Positions 62,685 through 64,000 of a stretch of 64,000 bases of DNA are shown here, piece after piece. Below the pieces are notes generated by a model. It did not search any database and was not told the origin of the DNA. It worked only from the letters and a program-made list of their open reading frames with translations. Source of the stretch: an uncultured bacterium (GTDB lineage Bacteria; Chloroflexota; UBA5177; JANWHV01); NCBI GenBank assembly GCA_963729625.1, contig CAVSOU010000010.1:928001-992000 (forward strand). Reading direction: 5' to 3'. Positions within the stretch are counted from its first letter, which is position 1, and each line of letters begins with the position of its first letter. The translations under genes were made by a program, and so were the position numbers.

Positions 62685-64000
62685 TGCCGCGTTTCAGATC
62701 GATGCTTCTCGTCCCGGCAGCTGTCGTGCCGGCGCTTCTCGCAATCGTCGTCGGCGAGGCTGTGCCGGCGCAGAACATGGCGTCCCCGCGGGTGGCGAAC
62801 GCCCATGCCGGCGATCCGTACGCGCTCATGGTGGACCAATCGACCGACCTCGGCGCCGTGGCGCCGGGCCTTCGTGTTTCGCTGGTGCTAGGACTAAAAG
62901 ATCCACATGCAAAGTCCAGGGCGGCGGACTATGCGGCGATCAATACGCCGCACTCGGGCCAGTTCGGACAGTCGCTCACCTCCGCGCAGGTCGCGGCCCG
63001 CTACGGGCCATCGCCGGCCACGATGGCGCGCGTGACGACCGTACTGAAGCGCTACGGCCTTAGCGCGCAATGGCAGCCTGGCAACACGTGGGCCGTCATA
63101 ACAGGGCCTGCCAGGGCTGTGGAGTCCGCGTTCGGTGTGAACGTGCACTGGTACAGATCATCTCAAGGCGTTCACTACTTTTCTGCCGATCGCGTTCCAG
63201 TTCTGCCCCCGGCGCTCTCGGACGTCGCTACCGGCCTGAGCCGAATCTCAAGCTACTTTCCACAGCCGCGCCAGTCGGTGCCATCCGGAGGGGTAACGCC
63301 TACGGACCTGGTGTCGGCCTACAACATGGCGCCGCTTCGCAACATGGGACTCGACGGCACCGGCTCGACCGTAGCATTCCTGGAATCCGACGGCGGCTGG
63401 AACCAGCAAGACTTCGATACGTTTACTCAGAAATTCAACCTGCCGCCCTTGCACCCGGTACTGGCATCGGGCCCGTCGGGCAAGCCGCCCGATGGCGAGA
63501 CAGAAATGGATCTGGAGGTCGTGCATGAGATCGCGCCTGGTGCTCGCCTGGTCGTGTACAACTTCCCGTTCCAGGAGGAAGCCCAGGCCGCTACATCCGA
63601 CAGCGCGACGCTCACCGACTGGCTAAAACTTCAAACGCAGATGCTCAACGACAACAAAGGCGGCGTGCTGAGCATGAGCATGGGCCTGTGTGAGAAGATC
63701 TGGGACCCAACGCTGGCCAAGGCGTACAAAGACGCGTATGACAACACCACGCCGTTCCGCGAGAGCGTATTCGTTTCCACGGGAGACAGTGCCGCGTACT
63801 CGTGCATCATCACTGCTCCGAAGCGCGGTACGCCGCCGGCGCCGGATTACCTGGGAGCAGAGTTGCCGTCGGCGGTTCCAGGTGTTACGGCCGTTGGCGG
63901 GACCCGCCTGAGCCTGACCACCGACCATGCCTGGTACGACGAGACGGTGTGGGAGTATCCGGTGTCGACCAATGGCACTGGTGGTGGCGTCAGCGCCTAC
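62684..64000 (+). CDS. S53 family (sedolisin/kumamolisin) serine-carboxyl peptidase, 3'-truncated by window
   Basis: Own translation from ATG 62684: signal peptide, prodomain (LTSAQVAARYGP), GETEMDLEVVHEIAPGA (ExxxD), VSTGDS, VTAVGGTRL, GTGGGVS. Confidence 0.92.
   Translation, partial: MPRFRSMLLVPAAVVPALLAIVVGEAVPAQNMASPRVANAHAGDPYALMVDQSTDLGAVAPGLRVSLVLGLKDPHAKSRAADYAAINTPHSGQFGQSLTSAQVAARYGPSPATMARVTTVLKRYGLSAQWQPGNTWAVITGPARAVESAFGVNVHWYRSSQGVHYFSADRVPVLPPALSDVATGLSRISSYFPQPRQSVPSGGVTPTDLVSAYNMAPLRNMGLDGTGSTVAFLESDGGWNQQDFDTFTQKFNLPPLHPVLASGPSGKPPDGETEMDLEVVHEIAPGARLVVYNFPFQEEAQAATSDSATLTDWLKLQTQMLNDNKGGVLSMSMGLCEKIWDPTLAKAYKDAYDNTTPFRESVFVSTGDSAAYSCIITAPKRGTPPAPDYLGAELPSAVPGVTAVGGTRLSLTTDHAWYDETVWEYPVSTNGTGGGVSAY

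Overview
GC-rich bacterial chromosomal window, most likely Chloroflexota or a related monoderm soil lineage. This is inferred from the Asp23-nusB-acpP order, TTAGCAG(T/C)C-type CIRCE elements, a T-box-controlled ileS and XRE/SARP/STAND regulators. Housekeeping genes include nusB, acpP, uppP, a Ser/Thr kinase, livKHMGF, groES-groEL, pepF and ileS, plus a glycosyltransferase/flippase cluster. Three accessory blocks stand out. (1) A ~6.2-kb integrase-less islet (FG-GAP pseudogene, secreted protein, XRE-ATPase-TPR regulator) is bracketed by two diverged ~150-bp direct repeats that carry a CsoR/CstR-type operator. (2) An 11.6-kb cluster couples a corrinoid (B12) protein and three UroD/MtaA-family proteins with a FadR regulator, a sugar ABC importer, a galactonate-dehydratase-like enzyme and an SDR. 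It is my best candidate for an undescribed system: B12-dependent O-demethylation and catabolism of a methylated sugar. (3) A DUF6788-like/SARP activator is divergent from a membrane-spanning TIR-STAND-WD40 protein, followed by a degenerate PrsW / zinc-ribbon / S53 protease module. Five single-base +1 frameshifts at short homopolymers look like sequencing errors. I recognised no rRNA, tRNA, CRISPR array, transposase or integrase. All calls come from reading motifs by eye; no database search was run.
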